Part shown: in pieces, positions 29,317 through 39,317 of the stretch
How the letters are laid out: each line of letters opens with the position of its first letter
Numbering within the stretch: position 1 is the first letter of the stretch
DNA from: Bdellovibrionales bacterium
GTDB lineage: Bacteria > Bdellovibrionota > Bdellovibrionia > Bdellovibrionales > JAGQZY01
Reading direction: 5' to 3'
Assembly: GCA_964230645.1 (NCBI GenBank)
Contig: CAXRHT010000002.1
Coordinates: forward strand, 128,001-192,000
DNA length: 64,000 nt
Position numbers and translations under genes: made by a program
The notes under the pieces: generated by a model
What the model saw: the letters and a program-made list of their open reading frames with translations, nothing else
The model's database searches: none
What the model was told of the DNA's origin: nothing

Positions 29317-30054
29317 ATGGACGGAGAAAAAAACACCGCGGAAGATCCCATTGGGCTCTCCAAAGAGGATTTAGAGGCCCTTTTTGAGGGGGTCTTCAAT
29401 CAACAGACGGAAAACCAGGAAAAAAGCACTCAAAAGACACCCCAAAATACCCCCTTTTCGGAGGCTCCTGTTGAAGATTCAAAAACAGAGGAAGGAGAAA
29501 GTGGTTTTGAAAAGTCTCAGACTGGTAAAAGCAAGCCAGCAGCGACTGACAAGAGACCAAAATCTTCTTTGCGGTTTAAATATGAGGCCGAAGTTTCCAG
29601 CGTAATTAAAACCCACGGGGAGCTTGAGGACATTCGCCGCAAACTCGGACTTTCTAAAAGAAAAATATCTCAACTTCTCATGGTCGACCCCTCAGCCTGG
29701 ACTCGATGGACAAAGCCAAAAGGAGAAGCCCCTCCTCATATATATAGAGCCCTGGAGTGGTTTCTTTTGCTCCAGGAAAAACATCCGCAGTACAAGGCCA
29801 GTCTGTGGCTTAATGCTGTGGCCACACCTCAGATGCCGCCAAAAGAGATCGAAAGCTTAAAGCAGCAACTTTTGAGTTGGGCCCAGGAGGAAATGGAGCA
29901 GGAAAATTCCTCTAAAAGGGGAGTGCCTATGGAGAAAATCCAAAAAGAGAGTAAAGATAGAGGCCTTTTGACTCAGTTTGAAAAACGAGAGCGCTTTTTA
30001 AAAGTCATTATTCTCGCACTGATTGGTGCTCTTTTAGTCAGTCTGATCTTTTAA
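29317..30054 (+). CDS. XRE/Cro-like HTH protein with a C-terminal membrane anchor
   Basis: LEDIRRKLGLSKRKISQLLMVDPSAWTRW (HTH-like); C-terminal VIILALIGALLVSLIF; acidic low-complexity N-terminus. Confidence 0.7.
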   Translation: MDGEKNTAEDPIGLSKEDLEALFEGVFNQQTENQEKSTQKTPQNTPFSEAPVEDSKTEEGESGFEKSQTGKSKPAATDKRPKSSLRFKYEAEVSSVIKTHGELEDIRRKLGLSKRKISQLLMVDPSAWTRWTKPKGEAPPHIYRALEWFLLLQEKHPQYKASLWLNAVATPQMPPKEIESLKQQLLSWAQEEMEQENSSKRGVPMEKIQKESKDRGLLTQFEKRERFLKVIILALIGALLVSLIF

Positions 30055-30162
30055 CATCCCCCAGGATTGTAGAACCATGCGGCCTTTACTATACTAAAAG
30101 CTCGCTACCCAATGGGTGGATGAAATCTATACTTTAATAGACTATTTTTTTTAGCGGTGACT

Positions 30163-30999
30163 ATGCGAAAAATGACTAGAAAGAACATTCTTCACAATCT
30201 CCGTGTGGCTTTGAATTTAAGCCTCGATTACGCCCTTATTGCAGGCTTTATTTATATTCATATACATCTGATTCCAGGACCATTTACTTACATCTTTATT
30301 TGTTGGCTCATAGGCATTAAACAATTCTCTATCGGTGAGTCGCTTTTGCACGAGGCCTCCCATGGCATTTTATTTTACCCGAAAAGAATAAATAACTGGG
30401 CCAATGTGCTTGTGGCTTACCCCTTTTTTCATACCATTTCTCATTACCGCACAGGCCACTCAAAACACCACAAACTCCTGGCTCAAAAAGAGGACCCTTT
30501 GCTTATTAGGCATAAGGAGCTTGCTAAGAAAAAGAGTTTTTACGTGGAGTGGTTCGTTAAGCCTTTTCTTGGGGTGCAGGCTTATAAAAAAGTGATCAAA
30601 GTTTCTGAGAAGCTTAGACAAAAAAACTTCAAACCGGTCGTCATCTTTTGGGTGAGTTTAGTCGGCTTTTGTCTATGGATGGGCTGGGGAGTGGAATTGT
30701 TCATTTACTGGGTAATTCCGTTTTTCTGGTGCCAGACAACCTTGGTTCACTGGTCAGAATTAACGGACCACTATATGACCGAGGGGCACTCGCGCTCTGT
30801 GAATTCCTGGATCTATAACTTTCTTGTGGCTCATAACGGTGGGTATCATGCGGCCCATCATTTGCGGCCAAACATCCCTTTTTATCAACTTCCAACCCTC
30901 CAGAAAAATGAGTCTGAGAAAATCACAACTGATTGGACCAACGGATTTTGGAACACTTATTGGACCATTGAAAAGCGCCACAAAGCGAATCAAAAATAG
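30163..30999 (+). CDS. Fatty acid desaturase-family membrane protein
   Basis: His boxes HEASH, HSKHH and HAAHH; TM segments. Confidence 0.85.
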   Translation: MRKMTRKNILHNLRVALNLSLDYALIAGFIYIHIHLIPGPFTYIFICWLIGIKQFSIGESLLHEASHGILFYPKRINNWANVLVAYPFFHTISHYRTGHSKHHKLLAQKEDPLLIRHKELAKKKSFYVEWFVKPFLGVQAYKKVIKVSEKLRQKNFKPVVIFWVSLVGFCLWMGWGVELFIYWVIPFFWCQTTLVHWSELTDHYMTEGHSRSVNSWIYNFLVAHNGGYHAAHHLRPNIPFYQLPTLQKNESEKITTDWTNGFWNTYWTIEKRHKANQK

Positions 31000-31161
31000 A
31001 TTCTTTTCCTTCATTACTTTCGCTTGGACTTTAGTGGTTGAAAGTATTTTTTTGTTTCAGATACAACAAGAGGTGTTTCGTTTTAGTGCTCCGATTTGAG
31101 AATAATTTTTGATGGTCTCCTTTTTTCTATCTTTTATCGGTCACTTACAGGTCTTTCTTCT

Positions 31162-31188
31162 TTAGCTTCTTGCAGGATCAGCCGATGG
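31162..31188 (+). promoter_or_regulatory. Putative FliA (sigma28) promoter
   Basis: TTAG-N15-GCCGATGG upstream of a GGAG SD and ATG 31224. Confidence 0.5.
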
Positions 31189-31223
31189 GAAAAGGAATGG
31201 ATTTGAAAAAGGAGCCGGGTCTT

Positions 31224-34139
31224 ATGATCGCTATCGAAAACGCAGCAAAGATCGTCTTAGCTTTTCTCGCTTTATTTTTAATTTCTTGTAGTAAAAAACA
31301 AAAAGAAACAGCTCAGTTAAATTTTCAATTTCAATCAAAAAGTAACACTGCTCTGAATTCAAAAATTGATACTTTGATCATCAATATTCATCATCCCGAA
31401 GGCCAAGTTCAGTACAAGCAGTGCGAAAATTCCTGTTCAAAAATTCAAATTGAAACGACTACAGGTCCCGGCAAACTGATTCAAGTTCTTGCGGTGGTGG
31501 ATGGTGCGATATCAGCAGATGTTCACTATGGTGATGTTCTCATTGATTTACAAGTGGGGAACAACGAGGTCCCTGTGGCACTGGCTAGCATGGGAAGTTT
31601 CTCATCAGAGGGGCGAGTGCAGGGGCGTTATATTCCAAGATCGGGTAAGCTTGCTGGGAAATATTTGACCGGTGAGCTTGAGATGAGAGTTTTTGTGGGA
31701 GAGGGGAAACCCGCCATAAAGATTCAAAAAAATGAGATCTTTGGGGGCCTTGTTAATCTTTTTGCTCTGGATACAATCCCCTTCCTTTATTACTTTAGCG
31801 GCGTTGATCAAAAAGGTGTGGCCTATAAAAACGAACCTATTTTTACCGACCTTCACGACGGAAGCGGCTTAACTCTTGATAGTCCGGGGCTCGCCCCTAA
31901 AGGCCGAGAAATCGTACACTTTACCTCTGTCGGAAATTATTTTGAACAGGATCGGGACGACACTTTTGTATCTCGTCCTAAATTCCACTCAATTCTGGGC
32001 AGTTTCGGTCTCAATCCTTCGGGAAAACAGCTTTGCACGACAATGTTTTCTTCAAACGAAATCCTTGATGGAAGCGATGGCAAGGGGAGACTGTGCGGGG
32101 CCGTTAGTAGCAATGAGTGTTCTCGCTGGCTGACCTGGGGTGAAATTTTAGCCTCCAGCACCCACCTTTCAGGAGAGACTGATAGCTGCTCGCCCGATTC
32201 TAGCTTTCAGCCAGTGAACTTGACCTATGTGACCGAAAACCACCTTACAAATAGCCTTGGATTTTTTGGCCCCTTCTCCAGTGCTCCTGAACAAGGGCTC
32301 GTCTCCGTTTTTAATTTCAATCAAGGGGAATTGACTTGGAAAATTGACGATCACGTGAGGCTTCCTCAGGGTGTGGATCTTTTTGTTCTTCCCAATGGAG
32401 AGGACTTTAATGACGACGCTATTCGAGCTCCCAATTCAGACGGTATTCTCTGTGAGAAGCTCACTTCAAACGGTTTTCAATTTGTTAGGAATCTACCCGC
32501 CAATCCTGGTCAAATTTCTCGCAGTTCCATCAGTTTGCAAGCCGATACGGGATACCCAGTGGTCGCTTTGTGTTTGAAAAAAAGTGCCACGGAATATTAC
32601 AAGACGGCTTTGATGCCTTATGAAAGAGGAGAGTATCAGGGAGGCGAGCCTACAAGACTAAGAATTTCAAAAGTTGGAGCCTTTGATGGAGGTACTGGAC
32701 AAACCTACGCTGATGTCTGCACCCCTTTATTAGTTGAAGCTCTCGATGAGGAGGGGGCTCTCGCTCATCTTCACCAGGACCTCAATCTTCAAATAGACTC
32801 GACTGGGGATATGAATGAAGTCTTTTTCCTCAATCAAGCCGATTGCGAGGCGGAAGATAATGCTCACAGTGCCGGTTCGTCTTGGACCGTTTCTAAAGCC
32901 AAAAAACTGATTTGGCTGAGAAGCACATCCTCTGCCGATTATTCATTAACGGTTCATGAACCTGAGGGCGCAGGGGAGATTGCAAGCGGAAGTGTTACTT
33001 TCTCAAATTTGCTAGCAGACCTCCCTCTGTCGTCGATTAAACTCTCCGCTGATTTTAATCGAAATCCTGCCCTGGAAATAGCGGTTACAGAAGAGTGTGT
33101 TCCTTTCTTGATCTCCGCCCACGGGTCTAATGGAGAGCTCACCAATTTCGATGTTAGCACCACAGCGAACCTTCATGCAGTCCAAGACTCTAACAGCAAT
33201 CTTGTTCCCTTTTATGCCAGCAGTGGCGACTGCCAAAACGAATTCCCCACAATAGGAAACGTCTTCCCTTTACCCGATGGGGAGAGCATGGTGCGAGTTT
33301 ATCTTAGAGGGACAGATCTTACGGCTGGGCAGCATATCCCTCAGGCTTTAACTTCCAGCAATGTTGCAGTAAGTGGCTCTTCTTATATTGGTGTAGTCAA
33401 TCCAGGCCCTTTTCATCACTATCACGCTCAAGCCCACGGTAGCTCTGAGGCTGGATCTTGTCGACGCATCCAAGTGGGTGCTTACGACAACCATAAACCT
33501 AACAGTTATCCTGTTTATTTTCCCGCGAGTGAGAGTATCTCTGTCAGTGACAGCAGTTCTGGTGTGGGTCATTTTTTCATGAGCAATCTTGATATCGATC
33601 ACTCATCCGGCTATCCCTGTGATTACGATTACGCAAACTCTGAGGCCTTATCTCTTGAGGCTTTAGAAACTGACCTCAATTCCAATATCATTGGCGAAAC
33701 AGCCGCTATTTTTTATTACCAACCCATCACCTATGGCACAAGTAACGAGCTGACTCTAAATTTTGAACATGGAGACTCTCAGTATTTGAGTGTACAGAAT
33801 ACCCAGCCCACAAGCCCTTTTTTGCAGATCATCGAAGGGCCAAGCTTTGAATTTGACGATCAGTCGGGAATGATCGAGCCCGTTCATATGTTTACAGTTG
33901 TAAACCTCGGTCAGGGGACCACGACGGTTACAAGTGCTCAAGCCTTTCCTCCTTCCCAGTTCACTGCCAGCAATTTCTGTACTGGTTTGGGGCCCGGAGA
34001 CGATTGTAACATTAGCGTCACTATGGAAGATGACGGATTCGACAACGTCACTTATGACGGCTACCTTCGAGTCACCTACAGTGTTGGCGGCGAGGATCGA
34101 GTAAGTCATGTCAATCTCAAAGGGCGGCGGCTTCCATAA
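31224..34139 (+). CDS. Large surface lipoprotein, probably multiple beta-sandwich domains
   Basis: Lipobox LIS-C; repeated C-x-P-hydrophobic...F(Y/F)xxxxDC units; C-terminal segment FTVVNLG...CTGLGPGDDCNISV resembles an Ig/choice-of-anchor-type domain. Confidence 0.7.
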   Translation: MIAIENAAKIVLAFLALFLISCSKKQKETAQLNFQFQSKSNTALNSKIDTLIINIHHPEGQVQYKQCENSCSKIQIETTTGPGKLIQVLAVVDGAISADVHYGDVLIDLQVGNNEVPVALASMGSFSSEGRVQGRYIPRSGKLAGKYLTGELEMRVFVGEGKPAIKIQKNEIFGGLVNLFALDTIPFLYYFSGVDQKGVAYKNEPIFTDLHDGSGLTLDSPGLAPKGREIVHFTSVGNYFEQDRDDTFVSRPKFHSILGSFGLNPSGKQLCTTMFSSNEILDGSDGKGRLCGAVSSNECSRWLTWGEILASSTHLSGETDSCSPDSSFQPVNLTYVTENHLTNSLGFFGPFSSAPEQGLVSVFNFNQGELTWKIDDHVRLPQGVDLFVLPNGEDFNDDAIRAPNSDGILCEKLTSNGFQFVRNLPANPGQISRSSISLQADTGYPVVALCLKKSATEYYKTALMPYERGEYQGGEPTRLRISKVGAFDGGTGQTYADVCTPLLVEALDEEGALAHLHQDLNLQIDSTGDMNEVFFLNQADCEAEDNAHSAGSSWTVSKAKKLIWLRSTSSADYSLTVHEPEGAGEIASGSVTFSNLLADLPLSSIKLSADFNRNPALEIAVTEECVPFLISAHGSNGELTNFDVSTTANLHAVQDSNSNLVPFYASSGDCQNEFPTIGNVFPLPDGESMVRVYLRGTDLTAGQHIPQALTSSNVAVSGSSYIGVVNPGPFHHYHAQAHGSSEAGSCRRIQVGAYDNHKPNSYPVYFPASESISVSDSSSGVGHFFMSNLDIDHSSGYPCDYDYANSEALSLEALETDLNSNIIGETAAIFYYQPITYGTSNELTLNFEHGDSQYLSVQNTQPTSPFLQIIEGPSFEFDDQSGMIEPVHMFTVVNLGQGTTTVTSAQAFPPSQFTASNFCTGLGPGDDCNISVTMEDDGFDNVTYDGYLRVTYSVGGEDRVSHVNLKGRRLP

Positions 34140-34288
34140 TTTTTCCTTATGAAGCCTGTTTAATTTGATTCATAAGATCGGCTCCCTAAGGGGTAAGCCG
34201 TGGTTTTTTCCTTGCAAACAATAAGTTCTTTTTATTAAGGTGTGCGCTCACGATGACGCTATATTTCTCTTAGCGCGGGAGGCTCACT

Positions 34289-35401
34289 ATGGTTTTTGAA
34301 AATATTCAGAAATGCGGAAATCACGAACAGGTTATTTTTTGTCATGACAAAGCCACAGGCTTAAAAGGAATCATTGCCATCCATAATACCACTCTCGGCC
34401 CTGCTCTCGGGGGAACTCGTATGTGGAACTATAAAAATGAAGAAGAAGCCCTTGTCGACGTTTTAAGGCTCTCTGAGGGGATGACCTATAAAGCCGCCGC
34501 AGCAGGCCTCAACCTCGGTGGCGGGAAAGCCGTGATTATTGGAGACCCTAAAAAAGACAAATCAGAGGGTATGTTCCGAGCCTTCGGTATGTATATTAAC
34601 GCTCTAAATGGTCGCTACATCACGGCCGAAGACGTCGGAACCACAGTCAAAGATATGGAACATATCTATATGGAAACATCTTGGGTGACTGGAATTCCTA
34701 AAGGGCTTGGGGGATCTGGAGATCCTTCTCCCTATACGGCTCACGGAGTTTGTATGGGTATTAAAGCGGCCTGTAAAGAAAAGCTGGGCTCAGATAACCT
34801 CAGCGGAATTAAGATTGCCGTACAAGGTCTTGGTAATGTGGGCTCTAATCTCCTCAACTACTTAAGTGAGGAAGGGGCTGAACTCGTAATTGCTGACATC
34901 GATAAAGAAAAAGTGGAGCAATTGGCTGAAAAATACGGAACCGAAGTGGCTGACCCAGATAGAATCCATGCCGCTGAGTGTGATGTATTCGCTCCCTGTG
35001 CTCTTGGAGCCATCATAAATGACAAAACAATCCCTGAGCTAAAATGTAAGATTGTTGCCGGTGGGGCCAATAATATTTTGGCTGAAACTCGTCATGCGGA
35101 TGCCTTAAGAGAGGTCGGGATTCTCTATGCCCCTGATTTTGTTGCTAACGCAGGGGGCCTTATGAATGTTTTCGCTGAGCTTGAAGGCTACTCCGTGGAA
35201 AGAGCCCTTGAGAGAACCACTTCTGTTTATGAAAACATGACGAAAGTCTTTACAGTGGCCAAAAGAGACAATTGCTCGACTTATGATGCGGCATTTAAGA
35301 TGGCGGGTGAGCGCTTAAACATTATTGGTGACCTTAAGCGTAAACATCAGGGGGGGACTTCAAGGCCCTTCACCACTCTAAAAGAGGTTTACAACCGCTA
35401 G
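34289..35401 (+). CDS. ldh: Leucine/valine dehydrogenase (Glu/Leu/Phe/Val DH family)
   Basis: [40 protein letters not shown]. Confidence 0.9.
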   Translation: MVFENIQKCGNHEQVIFCHDKATGLKGIIAIHNTTLGPALGGTRMWNYKNEEEALVDVLRLSEGMTYKAAAAGLNLGGGKAVIIGDPKKDKSEGMFRAFGMYINALNGRYITAEDVGTTVKDMEHIYMETSWVTGIPKGLGGSGDPSPYTAHGVCMGIKAACKEKLGSDNLSGIKIAVQGLGNVGSNLLNYLSEEGAELVIADIDKEKVEQLAEKYGTEVADPDRIHAAECDVFAPCALGAIINDKTIPELKCKIVAGGANNILAETRHADALREVGILYAPDFVANAGGLMNVFAELEGYSVERALERTTSVYENMTKVFTVAKRDNCSTYDAAFKMAGERLNIIGDLKRKHQGGTSRPFTTLKEVYNR

Positions 35402-35440
35402 GTTTACTGGTTTTCTGTAAACTTCAATAAGGAGTGCTAA

Positions 35441-36292
35441 GTGAGCGAAGACAAAAAAGAATTCGACTCCCTGGAGTTCGTTTCACAAGTTGGCCAAGTC
35501 ATCGAGAAAAATTTTAAATGGGTTCTAGGACTCTTTGTTGCCATTGTGGTGGCAAGCAGTGTCTGGGCCTATATGGATAGTGCTGAAGAGGCCAACCAAA
35601 GGGAAGCCTTTGCAGAACTTTTTAAGATCACAAAAATCTACGATGAAAAAATGGCCGAGTTTGAAGAGGCTAAAATAGCCAAAGAAGACAAGGCCAATAA
35701 AGAAACTCCCGAAGAAAAAGAAAAAGTCGCTGAGGCTCCCGGAGTTGAAGCCACCGGGGTTTTAGAAAAAGACTTCCCCGAAGTGGTGCCAAAGCTTGAA
35801 GCTTTTATTGATGAGCATCTTGGTACTAAAGCCTCAGGTGAAGCCGCTCTGACTCTTTCAGAAATTTACGCCGAGTATGACCAGTATGATAAAGCCGTCG
35901 CTGCTCTTAAAAAGACCATTGATAACTGGGGCAGTGAAGACCTTCTTTATAATGTGATGCAAATGAGAGCCGGAGATCTGCTGGCCAGCCAAAATCAATG
36001 TGAAAAAGCTTTGAGTTTTTGGGAGCCTATTTCTGAGAGTTCAAGTTTTATCTCCTCTCAAGCGAAACTCAAAAGAGGTGTTTGTTTGCAAGAAGTGGGT
36101 CGTTTAGAAGAAGCGAAAAATGTTTTTCAAGAAATCAAAGACTCCACCGGTCAAGATGAGCGCGGAATGAACCCCGAGGCTTTCAGTGCCACGCGCTACT
36201 TGCGTTATATCCAATTCAAAATGAAGAACTCCGACATACCTCCTTCAGGGAAAGCTCAACAAAATGAAAAGGATAGTGAAAAAGCCTCATGA
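35441..36292 (+). CDS. YfgM-like membrane-anchored TPR protein
   Basis: N-terminal TM segment, TPR-like helices, directly upstream of a BamB-like gene. Confidence 0.7.
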   Translation: MSEDKKEFDSLEFVSQVGQVIEKNFKWVLGLFVAIVVASSVWAYMDSAEEANQREAFAELFKITKIYDEKMAEFEEAKIAKEDKANKETPEEKEKVAEAPGVEATGVLEKDFPEVVPKLEAFIDEHLGTKASGEAALTLSEIYAEYDQYDKAVAALKKTIDNWGSEDLLYNVMQMRAGDLLASQNQCEKALSFWEPISESSSFISSQAKLKRGVCLQEVGRLEEAKNVFQEIKDSTGQDERGMNPEAFSATRYLRYIQFKMKNSDIPPSGKAQQNEKDSEKAS

Positions 36293-37407
36293 TATGGTTT
36301 TTAAGTGCTTTCCTTTCATTTTCAACCCTCACAGCGTACGGGCAACCTGATTTCGAAAGACAGTGGTCTCGCTCCACTCTGGCCTCCACTCATTTAGGCT
36401 TTAGGTACCTCAACCGCATGTCGCCCCTTGTGGCTGCTGACCTTGTGGTGCAAGGCAATGCTGTCGACAGTATCTCCGCCTATAACCGTAAGACAGGGCA
36501 TCAGCAGTGGGTGCTAACCTTCAAAGATGGTGTTGAAGGCGGAGCCACTCTCGATGAAAATCGTCTTTATTTTGGTTCAAACAATGGAAACTTCTACTGT
36601 GTGGATGTTTTATCTGGGAGAATTCTCTGGCAGTTTGAACTTAACTCCGAGTCTCTCACTCGCCCCACAGTCCAAGGCCCAGCGGTGTACCATGTGACCG
36701 GTAATAACACTCTCTACGCTTTAAATAAAAAAACCGGGGAAACCATTTGGGTAAAAACGAATTCCGCCAAATCCAATATGACCGTGCGTGGTCAAACCCA
36801 ACCCGTTTACGACAAAGGTCTTCTCTACGTTGGCTTTAGTGACGGAAACTTCGCAGCCTTCAACGCTCAAAACGGACGCCAACTCTGGAGCAAAAGAATT
36901 GGGGATGATAAAAAATTTAACGATGTCGATGCCAAGGCGGTCCTTGCAGGGGACTGTCTTCTGGTTTCAAGTTATGCCAATGCCCTTTACTGCCTAGACC
37001 CTAATAACGGAACCATTAGTTGGCGCCATGAAGAGGGAGGCTATTTCCCAGTCACTGTTGATGGAGACCGAATTTTCTATCCCACAGTTTCAGGAGAGAT
37101 TCATTTACTTGATGTGGGTTCAGGAAAACTTTTAAAGAAGGTTATTAACATTAAGGGTCTTCCTACTGAGGTCGTAAGCTTTGATAACTATATCGCTTAC
37201 GGGGAAAGTCAGGGGGCCATCGTTGTGCGTGATAAATCCACACTTTCAAAAGTGGCCGACTATCAAACAGGGCTTGGTATTTTTGCTAAACCGACCATTG
37301 AACCTGAAACCGGCCATGTTTTTGTCATGAGTAACGATGCGAACCTTTACCGTTTGGATTTTACAGACAAGGTTTCAAATGCCTTTCTATGGAGTCGAAA
37401 AAACTAA
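36289..37407 (+). CDS. PQQ-like beta-propeller protein (BamB-like)
   Basis: Repeated A/C-x-D/N-xx-(T/S/N)G-xxx-W blades; ATGA overlap with the YfgM-like gene. Confidence 0.8.
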   Translation: MIWFLSAFLSFSTLTAYGQPDFERQWSRSTLASTHLGFRYLNRMSPLVAADLVVQGNAVDSISAYNRKTGHQQWVLTFKDGVEGGATLDENRLYFGSNNGNFYCVDVLSGRILWQFELNSESLTRPTVQGPAVYHVTGNNTLYALNKKTGETIWVKTNSAKSNMTVRGQTQPVYDKGLLYVGFSDGNFAAFNAQNGRQLWSKRIGDDKKFNDVDAKAVLAGDCLLVSSYANALYCLDPNNGTISWRHEEGGYFPVTVDGDRIFYPTVSGEIHLLDVGSGKLLKKVINIKGLPTEVVSFDNYIAYGESQGAIVVRDKSTLSKVADYQTGLGIFAKPTIEPETGHVFVMSNDANLYRLDFTDKVSNAFLWSRKN

Positions 37408-37811
37408 TGAAATTTAAGTCTTCACTCAAATTTATTTTATGGTCCTGCACTCTGATTATTGTGGCTTGTTCAACCGGGCATTGCCGAAGAGGGGAGAAGG
37501 ACGTTTTAAAGCCTCTTGATCCAAAACCTCCCACCGGATACGAAGAAGAAGACCTCGGCAGTATTTTTGTGGGAAAATCCGATGGCAGCCTTCAGTGTGG
37601 AATGCGTGAAGGGATCCCACTTAAAGAGATGGCCAAAAACGATCTCCCCGACGTAAAGATTCTCTCCTCAGAGAAAAAAAACGATGGCCTAATGAGGATT
37701 CAATCCTGTGGGGCTGCAACAGGTATGCTTAATGTCTACGAGATCAAACACCAAGATCTGATGAAAGCTCAAAGAAACGGCTTCACCGTCATTAAAAAGA
37801 AAGAAAAATAA
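37407..37811 (+). CDS. Hypothetical lipoprotein
   Basis: IVA-C lipobox, DGSLQC...CGAATG, TAATG coupling with the upstream gene. Confidence 0.7.
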   Translation: MKFKSSLKFILWSCTLIIVACSTGHCRRGEKDVLKPLDPKPPTGYEEEDLGSIFVGKSDGSLQCGMREGIPLKEMAKNDLPDVKILSSEKKNDGLMRIQSCGAATGMLNVYEIKHQDLMKAQRNGFTVIKKKEK

Positions 37812-37931
37812 GTTTTTAGAAGGCCAGAGACGCCTTTCAAGAAAATCAGTGTGTCCAAATCCTTAAAAAGGCTCGACCTCTATCCAGCATAGACTGTTCT
37901 TTGCTTTTAAGCCAATGATAGAATTTTCTTT

Positions 37932-39248
37932 ATGGGGCGATTAGAAAACTTTATTCCAAAACTCGTAAAAAATACCAAAATCACCGGAGGCGGCGGAGTT
38001 TCCATTCTGCAAATTCCAGGTGAGGATTCCATTCCTGTGGAAGACGAAGTGACCCCCTTCATCAAGCAGATCAATGGTCATATGTCCTTGCGAGAGATTT
38101 TTCTCTTTCTTAATGAAAAAGGTATGACCTTCAGTATTGACAAGTCGCTCACCATGCTTCGCCATTTAGCAAGCCTTAAAATCTTGATGAATTCCGAGGA
38201 CTTTTACGAAATTCTTAATGGATCTGTGGCGGGAAGAGTGCATCACCCGCAATCCAGCCGTTGGGATGAGAGTTATTTTTCCAATGAGCGTCTCATCGCT
38301 CTTATTCAAAAAACCACCCTGTTTTTAAAGTGTGATCGCTCGGTCGCTCAAAACATCGTGGACGTTTCGGAATTGATCCATGTGGAAGAGGGTGAAAAAC
38401 TAATCAAAGAAGGTACTAAAAGTGAGGACTTTTTTGTTCTCCTTTCAGGGGAAGTGGGTGTTTTTAAAGATAAAGACTTTTTAGCCAGTCTTTCTCCCTT
38501 AGCTGTCTTCGGGGAGAGTGCCGCGATTTTCAACAAGGTTCGCAATGCCGATGTTTTAGCGAGCGAGCCCTCATGGCTTTTAAAAATTAAAGCCCCAAAG
38601 ATCGTGGATACATCGAGCCCTGAGTCTTTTGAAGCTTTCAAAGGACTTAAGTCTCGTCTTATTCTTAACCAGACTCTTGCTGCCAATCCACTTTTTCGAA
38701 GTCTCCCCACGGATGTTATGCAGTTTTTTATTTCCAAATGTCGCATTGAAAAGTACGGACGTGAACAGCTTGTAATTGAGCAAGGCGAGCGCAGTGGTGA
38801 CTTTTACTTTGTCTTGCAAGGTTCTGTTTCCATTATTAAAGACTCAATGCCTGTGACAAGTCTCGGTGAGGGCAATCATTTTGGTGAAGTGGCGGCCATG
38901 TTCAATCAGCCTCGCACAGCCAGTGTTCTCACAGAGACAGCCTGCACTTTTTTGGTCCTCAATCAAAAAGCCCTTTTTGAAGTTCTCGCTAGCCACTTTC
39001 GCTTGGCTATTGATATTGAAAAAACAGCCAGGAGGCGACGCAACTCAAAAGGGAATCTTCTACAGATCTTCGAAGAGGACTACGAGCCTGAGGAGACAAC
39101 AGTGGTTTCGGCCGAAGAGCTGAGCCAATCCAATATCGCCGTCGATGAGGATTTCTTAGAGGCCTCTCAGAGCAATTTTGAGCTCGAACTGGTGGATTTC
39201 TCTAAAGAAGGCCATGACGACCCTCCCACTGATGAAGACGCTTCATAG
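37932..39248 (+). CDS. Protein with tandem cyclic-nucleotide-binding domains
   Basis: Two phosphate-binding cassettes, FGESAAIFNKVRNADV and FGEVAAMFNQPRTASV; acidic tail. Confidence 0.85.
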   Translation: MGRLENFIPKLVKNTKITGGGGVSILQIPGEDSIPVEDEVTPFIKQINGHMSLREIFLFLNEKGMTFSIDKSLTMLRHLASLKILMNSEDFYEILNGSVAGRVHHPQSSRWDESYFSNERLIALIQKTTLFLKCDRSVAQNIVDVSELIHVEEGEKLIKEGTKSEDFFVLLSGEVGVFKDKDFLASLSPLAVFGESAAIFNKVRNADVLASEPSWLLKIKAPKIVDTSSPESFEAFKGLKSRLILNQTLAANPLFRSLPTDVMQFFISKCRIEKYGREQLVIEQGERSGDFYFVLQGSVSIIKDSMPVTSLGEGNHFGEVAAMFNQPRTASVLTETACTFLVLNQKALFEVLASHFRLAIDIEKTARRRRNSKGNLLQIFEEDYEPEETTVVSAEELSQSNIAVDEDFLEASQSNFELELVDFSKEGHDDPPTDEDAS

Positions 39249-39317
39249 CAAGGCCCTCTAGCCACCCTTTTGCAGCAGTGATAAGCTCTTATCCATTATA
39301 GAAATGTGAGGTTATCT

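Noticed and set aside
27405..30054. Prophage or ICE suggested by recombinase + ParB-like + HTH
   Set aside because: No structural, replication or conjugation genes and no tRNA att site. The ParB-like protein has an export signal.
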